A stretch of DNA of 64,000 bases from Candidatus Dormiibacterota bacterium. Its GTDB lineage: Bacteria; Chloroflexota; Dormibacteria; Aeolococcales; Aeolococcaceae. The stretch spans positions 11,191-75,190 of the forward strand of contig DAIUFS010000003.1 in NCBI GenBank assembly GCA_036844485.1. Direction: 5' to 3'. Numbering within the stretch: position 1 is the stretch's first letter; every line of letters begins with the position of its first letter. Shown one piece after another: positions 26,184 through 34,411 of the stretch. The position numbers were made by a program, and so were the translations under genes. The notes under the pieces are model-generated. The model was not told where the DNA came from and made no database searches. It worked only from the letters and a program-made list of their open reading frames with translations.

Positions 26184-26674
26184 CCTTCGCTCCCGATCGA
26201 CTGTTGGCCACCCTCGCCGGTCATGGCGTCGACTTCGTGGTCATCGGTGGTCTGGCGGCGACCATTCACGGCTCAACGCTGGTCACATTCGACGTCGACG
26301 TGACACCGCGCCGGACGCGTGACAACCTCGCACGACTCTCGGAGGCTCTCACCGAACTCGGCGCCAGGATCCGTGACGACGCCGGCGGCCCAGGGCTGCG
26401 CTTCAACCACGACGCAGCGAGCCTCGCCGACGCCCAGATGTGGAACCTCACCACCGACGTCGGTGACCTCGACCTGACCTTCGTTCCGGCGGGCACGCGT
26501 GGATTCGAGGACCTGGCCCGGGACGCCGTGCGCGTGGATATCGCCGGGGTCACTCTGCTGGTGGCCTCGCTCGCCGACGTCATCCGCTCCAAGGAAGCGG
26601 CCGGTCGCGAGAAGGACCGGGCGGCTCTACCTCTGCTCCGCAAACTGCTCTCGGAGGTGACTGATCCGGGCTGA
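26180..26674 (+). CDS. Small nucleotidyltransferase-fold protein, partner of the XRE gene
   Basis: 164 aa. VVIGGLAATIHGSTLVTFDVDV fits the minimal NTase pattern hG[GS]...DxD. The C-terminal SLADVIRSKEAAGREKDRAALPLL is a conserved-looking tail. Confidence 0.6.
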   Translation: MTFAPDRLLATLAGHGVDFVVIGGLAATIHGSTLVTFDVDVTPRRTRDNLARLSEALTELGARIRDDAGGPGLRFNHDAASLADAQMWNLTTDVGDLDLTFVPAGTRGFEDLARDAVRVDIAGVTLLVASLADVIRSKEAAGREKDRAALPLLRKLLSEVTDPG

Positions 26675-26718
26675 TCCCCTAACCGTGCGTCAGGATCTTC
26701 AAGGACGGGAAAGCTCGC

Positions 26719-27251
26719 CTACGGCGTCTCGTCGGGAACGTACGCCATGCCGGTCGGGTGCCCGAATCCGATCATCACCGGGTGGATGAAGCCCGTGGTC
26801 AGGTCGACGGTGCTGATGAAGCCGGGCACTCCGGAGTCGTTGGGTGTGCCTCGGTGTAGATGGTCCCCGCGCTGCTCCCGCTCAGGGTGATCTTGTCCAC
26901 GGCCGGGAAGACGTTCTTGCCGCTGGCATCGAGCGTGGGGTTGGAGGCGGCGATGAATGCCGAGCCGTTCATGAACCACACGTCGTCGTACCCACCCCCG
27001 TGTGGGGTCGCCGGGAAGGTGTATGGGGTGATCGTCTCGCTGCTTGGATCGATGACATTGAGTGCGGGGTTGCCGTCCTCGCACGACGTCGCCCAGAGCA
27101 GGTGAGTCGGGGGGTCGACGCGTAGCCCGTCGTTGTGCCCGGGCACGCTGTACTGCTTCACCTAGGGGTCGGAGAAAGCGGGGCGTCCCGAGCTATGAGC
27201 GGCGGCCCACCAGCACGAACGTCGGGCGTGCGGGCGGCGGAATACGGTCAT
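26719..27251 (-). pseudogene. Decayed gene for a small secreted-type protein (in-frame TAG plus frameshift)
   Basis: Reading from minus-strand ATG 27251 gives MTVFRRPHARRSCWWAAAHSSGRPAFSDP, then TAG (27164-27162). The ORF-track frame 26799..27161 (VKQYSVPGHNDGL...SGSSAGTIYTE) follows in the same frame. The sensible C-terminus (GTPNDSGVPGFISTVDLTTGFIHPVMIGFGHPTGMAYVPDETP) is in the other ORF-track frame, 26719..27084, so there is a frameshift near 26850. Confidence 0.55.
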
Positions 27252-27448
27252 GCAGATCTCCATGGCGAGGTGGCCCGAGGTGGGTAATGCCTGTCCTACG
27301 GAGGGGGACCCGCCGGTGGATCAGTCGCCACGACCCTCCTCTGTTGTTTCTTGACCGGTCCTTGGCTGGGTCGGCCCCACAGGAGCCGGCGCCACGCCGT
27401 AGCATCACAACGCACTAGGCGGGCGGCTGCCAGAGGAGGAACAGGACC

Positions 27449-28222
27449 ATGACCGAGCAGAGCACGATGACTGAGCAGAGCACGACATACCCGCCCGGAA
27501 CTCCGATCTGGGTCGACCTTTCGACCTCCGACGTCGACGCGGGCCGCCGCTTCTACCAGGAGCTCTTCGGATGGACCAGTGACGAGCCCGCCGGTCCCGA
27601 GTTCGGCGGCTACGCGATGTTTCGCTCGGGCGGCAAGTTCGTTGCCGGTTCCGGCCCGGTCATGGAGGGCGGACACCCCGCCTGGAACACCTACGTGAGG
27701 AGCACCGACGCCGCCGCGACCGCGCAGAAGGTGCGCGATGCCGGCGGCGAGGTGGTGGTGGAGCCGATGGCGATCCCCGACGCGGGCACCATGGCGGTGT
27801 TCAAGGACCCCACCGGCGCCTACATCTCCATCTGGCAGGACGGTCTGCACAAGGGCGCCGAGCTCTTCAACGAGCCCGTATCCCTGACCTGGAACGAGCT
27901 CCACACTCGCGACGTGGAGGCCGCCAAGCGCTTCTACAACGCCGTGTTCGGCTGGACCGCCAAGGGTGAGAGCTACGTGGAGTGGCAGCTCGACGGCAAG
28001 ACCATCGGCGGGTGCAACGACATGAACGCGATGGGCACGCCCGAGCAGGTTCCGGCGCACTGGCTGGTCTACTTCGCCGTGAAGAGCGTCGACGAGACGG
28101 CCGATCGCGCCAAGGAGCTCGGCGGCACCGTCAGCGTGCCACCCATGGACATCCCCGACATGGGGAGATTCGCCGTCCTCTCCGACCCTCAGGGAGCGGC
28201 GTTCGCGGTCTTCGCCTCCTGA
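27449..28222 (+). CDS. Two-domain VOC (glyoxalase/bleomycin-resistance/dioxygenase superfamily) protein
   Basis: 257 aa. Two repeats of the VOC pattern: PIWVDLSTSDVDAGRRFYQELFGW ... AVFKDPTGAYISIW, and LTWNELHTRDVEAAKRFYNAVFGW ... AVLSDPQGAAFAVF. GAGGAGGA lies upstream. Confidence 0.8.
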   Translation: MTEQSTMTEQSTTYPPGTPIWVDLSTSDVDAGRRFYQELFGWTSDEPAGPEFGGYAMFRSGGKFVAGSGPVMEGGHPAWNTYVRSTDAAATAQKVRDAGGEVVVEPMAIPDAGTMAVFKDPTGAYISIWQDGLHKGAELFNEPVSLTWNELHTRDVEAAKRFYNAVFGWTAKGESYVEWQLDGKTIGGCNDMNAMGTPEQVPAHWLVYFAVKSVDETADRAKELGGTVSVPPMDIPDMGRFAVLSDPQGAAFAVFAS

Positions 28223-28251
28223 CCTCCGCGCTCACTGTCGAGCCCTTCTCG

Positions 28252-29382
28252 GTGGCCATCGCCGAGGAGGCTCTCAGCGACCTGAAAGCGCGCATCCGCA
28301 ACACCCGGTGGCCGGCACCTGCGCCCGGCGTGCAGTGGGAACAGGGCACCGATCGCGACTACCTGCAGGCTCTGCTCGGGTACTGGGTCGACGGCTTCGA
28401 CTGGCGCGCGCAGGAGCGCCACCTGAACGGCTTCGCCCAGTACCAGGCCACCATCGACGGCGTCCGCATCCATTTCGTGCACGAGCGCGCCCGGCCCGGC
28501 GGCGGCGTCCCGCTGATCCTCACTCACGGCTGGCCGGGGTGCTTCCTCGAGTACCTGGCGCTGGTGCCGCTCCTGACCGATCCCATCGCCCACGGCATCG
28601 AGGGGCCGGCCTTCGATCTGATCATCCCGTCCTTGCCCGGCTACGGCTTCTCAGAGCGGCCGGCGCAGAGCGTGACCTACCGTGACGTCGCTCGGCTCTG
28701 GCACCAGTTGATGCGCGGCCTCGGCTACGACCGCTACGCGGCCGGCGGCAGCGACTTCGGCTCCGGGGTCGCCACCCTGATGGCCCTGGATGACCCGCAG
28801 CCACTGATCGGGCTCCACCTCACCAACCTCGAGCTCGATCCGTACCTCGGACCCGGCTCGCACCCGCTGTCGGAGGTGGAGAGGGCGTTCCTCGATCAGT
28901 CAGAACACTGGGCTCGAGCAGAGAGCGGCTACAAGGCCATTCAATCGACCAAGCCGCAGACCCTTGCGTACGGGCTCACCGACTCACCCGCGGGGCTGGC
29001 AGCGTGGATCCTGGAGAAGTGGCGTGCTTGGAGTGACAGCGACGGCGACCCGGACGCGCGCTTCTCCCGTGACCTCCTGCTGACGGTGGTGTCGCTGTAC
29101 TGGTTCACCGGGACGATTTCGTCGTCGATGCGCGACTACATCGACAACAGGAGATGGCAGGGAGACGCGAAGCTCGCACCCGACGACTTCGTGGATGTGC
29201 CGACCGCGATCGCCGATTTCGCGAACATGTTCGTGTCGCCTGGGCCTGTTCCGCGGGAATGGGCGGAACGGCTGTACAACGTCAAGCGCTGGACGGCGAT
29301 GCCGCGTGGCGGCCATTTCGCAGCCCTCGAGGAGCCGGAGCTCGTGGCCAGCGACATCGCCGCATTCTTCGGTTCGTCGTAG
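28252..29382 (+). CDS. Epoxide hydrolase (alpha/beta hydrolase with EH N-terminal domain)
   Basis: ORF 27982..29382. EH N-terminal domain LSDLKARIRNTRWPAP...YWVDGFDWRAQERHLN...IHFVHER, the oxyanion motif LTHGWPG, and the nucleophile context GGSDFGSGVA. GTG 28252 is the first canonical start, but family-like sequence (TVEPFSVAI) begins upstream at CTG 28219. Confidence 0.8.
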   Translation: MAIAEEALSDLKARIRNTRWPAPAPGVQWEQGTDRDYLQALLGYWVDGFDWRAQERHLNGFAQYQATIDGVRIHFVHERARPGGGVPLILTHGWPGCFLEYLALVPLLTDPIAHGIEGPAFDLIIPSLPGYGFSERPAQSVTYRDVARLWHQLMRGLGYDRYAAGGSDFGSGVATLMALDDPQPLIGLHLTNLELDPYLGPGSHPLSEVERAFLDQSEHWARAESGYKAIQSTKPQTLAYGLTDSPAGLAAWILEKWRAWSDSDGDPDARFSRDLLLTVVSLYWFTGTISSSMRDYIDNRRWQGDAKLAPDDFVDVPTAIADFANMFVSPGPVPREWAERLYNVKRWTAMPRGGHFAALEEPELVASDIAAFFGSS

Positions 29383-29392
29383 GTCGCCGACC

Positions 29393-30187
29393 TCAGCCCG
29401 CCAGCCACTCGCCGAGCGGGAGCCTCGGGGCCAGCGCCGAGAAGTCCCCGCGATCGCGAATCGCCTCGGCGGCGTCGGCCATCGCTCTGACCGCGACCCA
29501 GGTCAGGCTGCCCCCGACGCTCACCCGCCGCGCGCCCGCGTCGGCGATGTCCGCCAGCGAGAGACCGGCGACCGCGAGCACGTTCACCGGTTTCGACACG
29601 GCCTCGCACACGCTGCGGATCTCCTCGGCGGTGCGCAGTCCCGGCGCGTAGAGGACATCTGCGCCGGCGTCCTCGAACGCCCGGAGGCGGGCGATCGTGT
29701 CGCGGAGATCGGGATTGCCGCGGATGTGGTTCTCGGCTCGCGCTGTCAGCGTGAACGGAAAGCCAAGCCGGCGCGCCGCCTCTGCCGCCGCCGCGACCCT
29801 CTCGACCGCGTGGTCCAGCTCATAGATCTCACCGGATGGGTCGTGGTCCTCGATCGAGGCGCCGACCGCGCCCACCTCGGCGACGCGCGTGATCGCGTCC
29901 GCGGCGCTCTCCGGATCCGGGCCGTAGCCGTTCTCGAGGTCCACCGACACCGGCAGCTCCGTTGCCCGATCCACGGCAGCAGCGTGCGCCACCACCTCGT
30001 CAAGAGTGACCCGGCCGTCGAGGCGGCCGAGCGTGAACGCGAACCCGGAGCTGGTGGTGGCGAGCGCCTTGAACCCGAGCGCGGCCAGCACCCGGGCGGA
30101 GCCGGCGTCCCACGGATTGGGGATCACGAACGTCGCACCGGCGTGCAACGCCTTGAACTCCGCGGCCTTCGTCTCCTGCCTGTTCAT
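29393..30187 (-). CDS. Isocitrate lyase / PEP mutase superfamily enzyme (2-methylisocitrate-lyase-like)
   Basis: ORF 29393..30229 trimmed to ATG 30187. FVIPNPWDAGSARVLAALGFKALATTSSG...VSVDLENGYG...GASIEDH matches the ICL/PEPM family. Confidence 0.75.
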   Translation of the reverse strand: MNRQETKAAEFKALHAGATFVIPNPWDAGSARVLAALGFKALATTSSGFAFTLGRLDGRVTLDEVVAHAAAVDRATELPVSVDLENGYGPDPESAADAITRVAEVGAVGASIEDHDPSGEIYELDHAVERVAAAAEAARRLGFPFTLTARAENHIRGNPDLRDTIARLRAFEDAGADVLYAPGLRTAEEIRSVCEAVSKPVNVLAVAGLSLADIADAGARRVSVGGSLTWVAVRAMADAAEAIRDRGDFSALAPRLPLGEWLAG

Positions 30188-30267
30188 GGCTGCAACCCTA
30201 CTGACCGCCACAACTGTCTGACCGGGCACTCACGGTCGCCGGCCACCGCCCGATAGACTCCCGGCAG

Positions 30268-31293
30268 ATGGGTGACCTGCGCTACGCCGACGCCGGGGTC
30301 GACATCGACGCGGGCAATCGCGCGATCGACCTCATCCGCCGGGCGGTGACCAGCACTCACACCCCCTCGGTCCTCGGCGGCATCGGCGCCTTCAGCGGCC
30401 TCTTCGAGCTCGACGTCAGCCGCTGGAAGCGACCCGTGCTGGTCTCCAGCACCGACTCCGTCGGCACCAAGGTGAAGGTGGCCATCGCCACCAACCGGCA
30501 CCGGGGCATCGGGGTCGACCTCGTCAACCACTGCGTCAACGACATCCTCTGCTGCGGCGCCGAGCCGCTCTTCTTCCTCGACTACTACGCCACCGGCAAG
30601 CTGGTGCCCGAACACCTCGCCGAGGTCGTCGACGGCCTTGCCGCAGCCTGTCGCGACGCAGGTTGCGCGCTGGTGGGCGGTGAGACAGCCGAGATGCCCG
30701 GCGTCTACGCCCTCGCCGACTACGACATCGCCGGCTTCATCGTGGGGGCTGTGGAGCGCGACGGCATCATCGACGGCTCGCGAGTCGAAGCCGGCGACGT
30801 GCTCCTCGCGCTGCCCAGCAGCGGCCTGCACACCAACGGCTACTCCCTGGTGCGCCACATCGTCCTGGAGCGGGAGCTCGACTGGGCCGATCCGCTTCCC
30901 GGCACGGAGCAGCCCGTCGCCGACCTCCTCCTCGAACCCCACCGCAGCTACCTGCACGCGGTCCGTGAGCTGCGCGGGTCCGTCGACGTGCGCGCCATGG
31001 CCCACATCACCGGCGGCGGTCTCATCGAGAACGTGCCGCGCGTGCTCCCCGCCGGGCTCAGCGCGGTCATCGATCGCTCCTCGTGGGAGGTGCCCCCGCT
31101 GTTCTCCGCCATCGAGCGCGTCGGCGGGGTCATGCCCGAGGAGATGTGGCGCACCTTCAACATGGGCGTGGGCATGGTGCTGGCGGTGCCGCGCGAGCAG
31201 GCTGCCGCCGTGTCGAGCGCCGCCGGGCTGCCCGTCTGGCGCATCGGCGAGGTGATCGAGTCCGCCGGCGGTGAGCGCGTCCGTCTCGGATGA
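30268..31293 (+). CDS. purM: Phosphoribosylformylglycinamidine cyclo-ligase (AIR synthetase)
   Basis: 341 aa. YADAGVDIDAGN...GIGAFSGLF...STDSVGTKVK...DLVNHCVNDI...GGETAEMPG is the canonical PurM sequence. Confidence 0.95.
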   Translation: MGDLRYADAGVDIDAGNRAIDLIRRAVTSTHTPSVLGGIGAFSGLFELDVSRWKRPVLVSSTDSVGTKVKVAIATNRHRGIGVDLVNHCVNDILCCGAEPLFFLDYYATGKLVPEHLAEVVDGLAAACRDAGCALVGGETAEMPGVYALADYDIAGFIVGAVERDGIIDGSRVEAGDVLLALPSSGLHTNGYSLVRHIVLERELDWADPLPGTEQPVADLLLEPHRSYLHAVRELRGSVDVRAMAHITGGGLIENVPRVLPAGLSAVIDRSSWEVPPLFSAIERVGGVMPEEMWRTFNMGVGMVLAVPREQAAAVSSAAGLPVWRIGEVIESAGGERVRLG

Positions 31294-31940
31294 GCGCCCC
31301 GTGCCGCGTCGCGGTCCTCGCGTCGGGCGCGGGCAGCAACCTGAGAGCGATTCTCGACGCCTCGCAGGCAGAGGGATACCCCGCCAAGGTGGTGCTGGTG
31401 CTCAGCAATCGCCGCCAGTGCGGCGCCCTGGAGATCGCCCGTTCCCGTGGCCTCGAGGCGCTGTCACTGCCGGTCGGTGACTTCGGCAATGACGCCGTTG
31501 TGCGCGACCGCGCCATCGTCGAAGCCCTGCGCGTGGCACGAGTCGATCTGGTCGTCTGCGCCGGCTACGACCGCGTGCTCAGCACCGAGGTTCTCGACGC
31601 ATATCCCAACGCCATCCTCAACATCCACCCCTCTCTGCTGCCCGCCTTCGGGGGTGGCATGACCGCCGTCCAGGACGCGCTCGCCGCCGGCGTCAAGGTG
31701 ACCGGGTGCACTGTGCACCTGCTCGCCGCGGGCGCGGTGGACGGCGGCCCGATCGTGTCCCAGGCAGCGGTGACTGTGACGGAGGACGACGACGTCGACT
31801 CGCTGCGCGCCCGCATCCACGCGCAGGAATGGCGGCTGCTCCCCGAGGCGATCGCGCTGTGGGCGACGGGACGGCTCCAGCCCGAGGGCTCGCGGGTGCG
31901 CATCCTCCCCCGGGTCCGGCTGCGCGAGGGCGTGGGCTGA
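31290..31940 (+). CDS. purN: Phosphoribosylglycinamide formyltransferase
   Basis: 216 aa. VAVLASGAGSNL, ILNIHPSLLPAFGG, GCTVHLL...VDGGPI. ATGA overlap with purM. Confidence 0.9.
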   Translation: MSAPCRVAVLASGAGSNLRAILDASQAEGYPAKVVLVLSNRRQCGALEIARSRGLEALSLPVGDFGNDAVVRDRAIVEALRVARVDLVVCAGYDRVLSTEVLDAYPNAILNIHPSLLPAFGGGMTAVQDALAAGVKVTGCTVHLLAAGAVDGGPIVSQAAVTVTEDDDVDSLRARIHAQEWRLLPEAIALWATGRLQPEGSRVRILPRVRLREGVG

Positions 31941-33463
31941 TGCGCGCGCTGCTCGGCCTCGCCGACCGCACCGGGCTGGTCGATTTCGCGCGCGGGCTGC
32001 GCGAGTGCGGGGTCGAGCTGGTCGCCACCGACGGCACCCGCCGGGCCCTCGCCGAGGCCGGCATCGAGGCCACCGCCGTCAGTGAGCTGACCGGCTTCCC
32101 GGAGATGCTCGACGGGCGCGTCAAGACACTCCACCCCGCCATCCACGCGGGCATCCTCGCCCGCCGCGATCGGCCCGAGCACATGGCCCAGCTCGCCGAG
32201 CACGGCTTCGCCCCCATCGACATGGTGGTGATCAGCCTCTACCCGTTCGTCGAGACGATGGCGCGCGGCGCGGAGCGCGAGGAGACGATCGAGAACATCG
32301 ACATCGGCGGTCCCACCATGATCCGCGCGGCCGCCAAGAACAGCCAGTCGGTCGCCGTGCTCGTCTCTCCGGAGCAGTACGGCGAGGTGCTCACCGAGCT
32401 GCGCGAGCACGGCGCGATCTCGCAGCCCACGCGCGACATGCTCGCTGCGCGCGCCTTCGCACACACCGCCGCGTACGACACCGCGATCGTCGACTACCTG
32501 AGGGGGCAGCTCCACGAGCACTCGCCGCCGCCCGAGTACACCACCGGTGGCCGGCTCATCGCCGCGCTGCGCTACGGCGAGAACCCCCATCAGCGCGGCG
32601 CGCTCTACGCCATCCCCGGTGCCCCCGTCGGCGTCGCCCACGCGCGCCAGCTGCAGGGCTCACCGCTCAGCTTCACCAACTGGCTCGACGTCGACGCCGC
32701 GCGCCGCCTCGCTTGCGAATTCGACGAGCCGGCGGCGTGCATCGTCAAGCACACCAACCCCTGCGGGTTCGCGGTCGGCACCGACATCGCCGACGTGTAC
32801 CGGCGCGCCTTCGAGTGCGATCCGCGCTCCGCATTCGGCGGCATCGTCGGTCTCAACCGTCCGCTCGACGAGGCCACCGCCGGGGAGTTGGCCAAGACGT
32901 TCCTCGAAGCGGTCGTCGTCCCCGCCATCACTCCCGGGGCGGCCCCGCGCCTCGCCCGCAAAGAGCGCCTCCGCGTGCTCGTCGTCGAGCGGCCCTCGTG
33001 CGCCGAGCAGCTCGATGTACGAAGCATCGACGGCGGCCTCCTGGTGCAGACCCTCGACCGGGTCAGCACCGGCCGCGCCGCCATGCGGGTGGCCAGCACA
33101 GCCCAGCCCACCGAGGCACAGTGGCGCGACCTGCTGGTGGCCTGGCGCGTCTGCCGCCACGTCAAGTCGAACGCCATCGTGATCGTCCGCGACGGCATGG
33201 CAGTCGGGGTCGGCGCCGGGCAGATGTCGCGCGTCGAGGCGGCCGAGCTGGCGGTGCAGCGCGCCGGCGACCGGACCACCGGCGCGGTGGCGGCCTCGGA
33301 CGCCTTCTTCCCGATGCCCGACGGCGCCGAGACACTGGGCCGCGCGGGGATCGTGGCCGTCATCCAGCCGGGCGGCTCCAAGAAGGACCCTGAGGTGACC
33401 GCGGCAGCGGAGGCGCTGGGCATGGTCATGGTGCACACCGGGGAGCGCCACTTCCGCCACTGA
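31940..33463 (+). CDS. purH: Bifunctional AICAR transformylase / IMP cyclohydrolase
   Basis: ORF 31706..33463 trimmed to ATG 31940, which shares its A with the purN stop. MRALLGLADRTGLVDFARGL...GRVKTLHPAIHAGILARRD...FFPMPDG...IQPGGSKKD is the canonical PurH sequence. Confidence 0.95.
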   Translation: MRALLGLADRTGLVDFARGLRECGVELVATDGTRRALAEAGIEATAVSELTGFPEMLDGRVKTLHPAIHAGILARRDRPEHMAQLAEHGFAPIDMVVISLYPFVETMARGAEREETIENIDIGGPTMIRAAAKNSQSVAVLVSPEQYGEVLTELREHGAISQPTRDMLAARAFAHTAAYDTAIVDYLRGQLHEHSPPPEYTTGGRLIAALRYGENPHQRGALYAIPGAPVGVAHARQLQGSPLSFTNWLDVDAARRLACEFDEPAACIVKHTNPCGFAVGTDIADVYRRAFECDPRSAFGGIVGLNRPLDEATAGELAKTFLEAVVVPAITPGAAPRLARKERLRVLVVERPSCAEQLDVRSIDGGLLVQTLDRVSTGRAAMRVASTAQPTEAQWRDLLVAWRVCRHVKSNAIVIVRDGMAVGVGAGQMSRVEAAELAVQRAGDRTTGAVAASDAFFPMPDGAETLGRAGIVAVIQPGGSKKDPEVTAAAEALGMVMVHTGERHFRH

Positions 33464-33528
33464 TTCGGGCCGCCGGTCCCCCTGCGTGACCCGAGTCGCC
33501 CGTACCCGCGGCGTCATCTTCACGAAAG

Positions 33529-33957
33529 GTGACAGGAGCGATGCTCCACCCTGTCATGTCCGCCCAAATGGCAGCGCCGCGAGACACCGACCTGATCGCT
33601 CAGGCCGGTCGAGAGATCTGGGACCGGAGGATGGCGTCGCTGCGCCGCCGCCTCGACGGGTCGCGGATCCGCCGCTGCATCACCGCCATCGATTCGCTGA
33701 TCAACCACCTCGAGGAGCGACACCTCACCGGTGAGCGCACCTTCGACCGCAGGCTCCGCCAGCGCCTCTACAGCCTGGAGAGCGAGGTGGGCATGCCCCT
33801 GCCGCGCAAGGCGGTGCGGGCTCGCAACACAGTCCGCCTCCACGCCGCCCTGCTCGACTGGCAGGAGACGCTCCTCGACGAGCAGGTTCCGGAGCGCAAG
33901 CGCTTCCCCGACGCCCACGACGCCGACTGGTCGACCCCCAACCCGCAGGGCTGGTAG
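33529..33957 (+). CDS. Hypothetical protein
   Basis: 142-aa ORF with very strong third-position G/C bias in this frame, unlike the Arg/Pro/Ser-rich antisense ORF 33520..34218. No family recognised. The start is uncertain (GTG 33529 or ATG 33541). Confidence 0.5.
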   Translation: MTGAMLHPVMSAQMAAPRDTDLIAQAGREIWDRRMASLRRRLDGSRIRRCITAIDSLINHLEERHLTGERTFDRRLRQRLYSLESEVGMPLPRKAVRARNTVRLHAALLDWQETLLDEQVPERKRFPDAHDADWSTPNPQGW

Positions 33958-33964
33958 CGGGCTC

Positions 33965-34342
33965 CTAGCCGCGCGGCGAGGCTCGCTTGGCCAGCTTGGC
34001 CTGGTCCTCGACGCAGTACCGCGCCGCCGGCATCGCCTCCAGGCGTCCCTCGGCGATCGGCTTGGCGCAGATCTCGCAGATGCCGTAGGTGCCGGCGTCG
34101 AGGCGCTGCAGGGCCGCCTGCACATCCACGAGCTCGCTCTCGACGCTCTGCAGGACGCCCAGGTCGAGCTCGCGCTCCAGGGTCTCGGTGGCCTGCTCGG
34201 CGGGGTGCTGGTCCGCACTGGAGAGCTCGTCGCGCTTGGAGGACTCGGTGCCCGACGTGCTCAGCCGGGTGGCCGCGTCACGGACCTGGATGAGGCGATC
34301 GCCTTCCGCCAGCAGCCGCTCGCGGGCCTGGTCTGGATTCAT
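33965..34342 (-). CDS. DksA/TraR-family C4-type zinc-finger protein
   Basis: ORF 33965..34381 trimmed to ATG 34342. A coiled-coil N-terminus is followed by GTYGICEICAKPIAEGRLEAMPAARYCVEDQ, as in TraR/DksA zinc fingers. Confidence 0.75.
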   Translation of the reverse strand: MNPDQARERLLAEGDRLIQVRDAATRLSTSGTESSKRDELSSADQHPAEQATETLERELDLGVLQSVESELVDVQAALQRLDAGTYGICEICAKPIAEGRLEAMPAARYCVEDQAKLAKRASPRG

Positions 34343-34411
34343 GGTCTCTCCCTGGGCTGGAACCGTCCGCGGCGGCGCCACATTGTCTGCGCTGGGACTG
34401 GGCGGCGCAAC

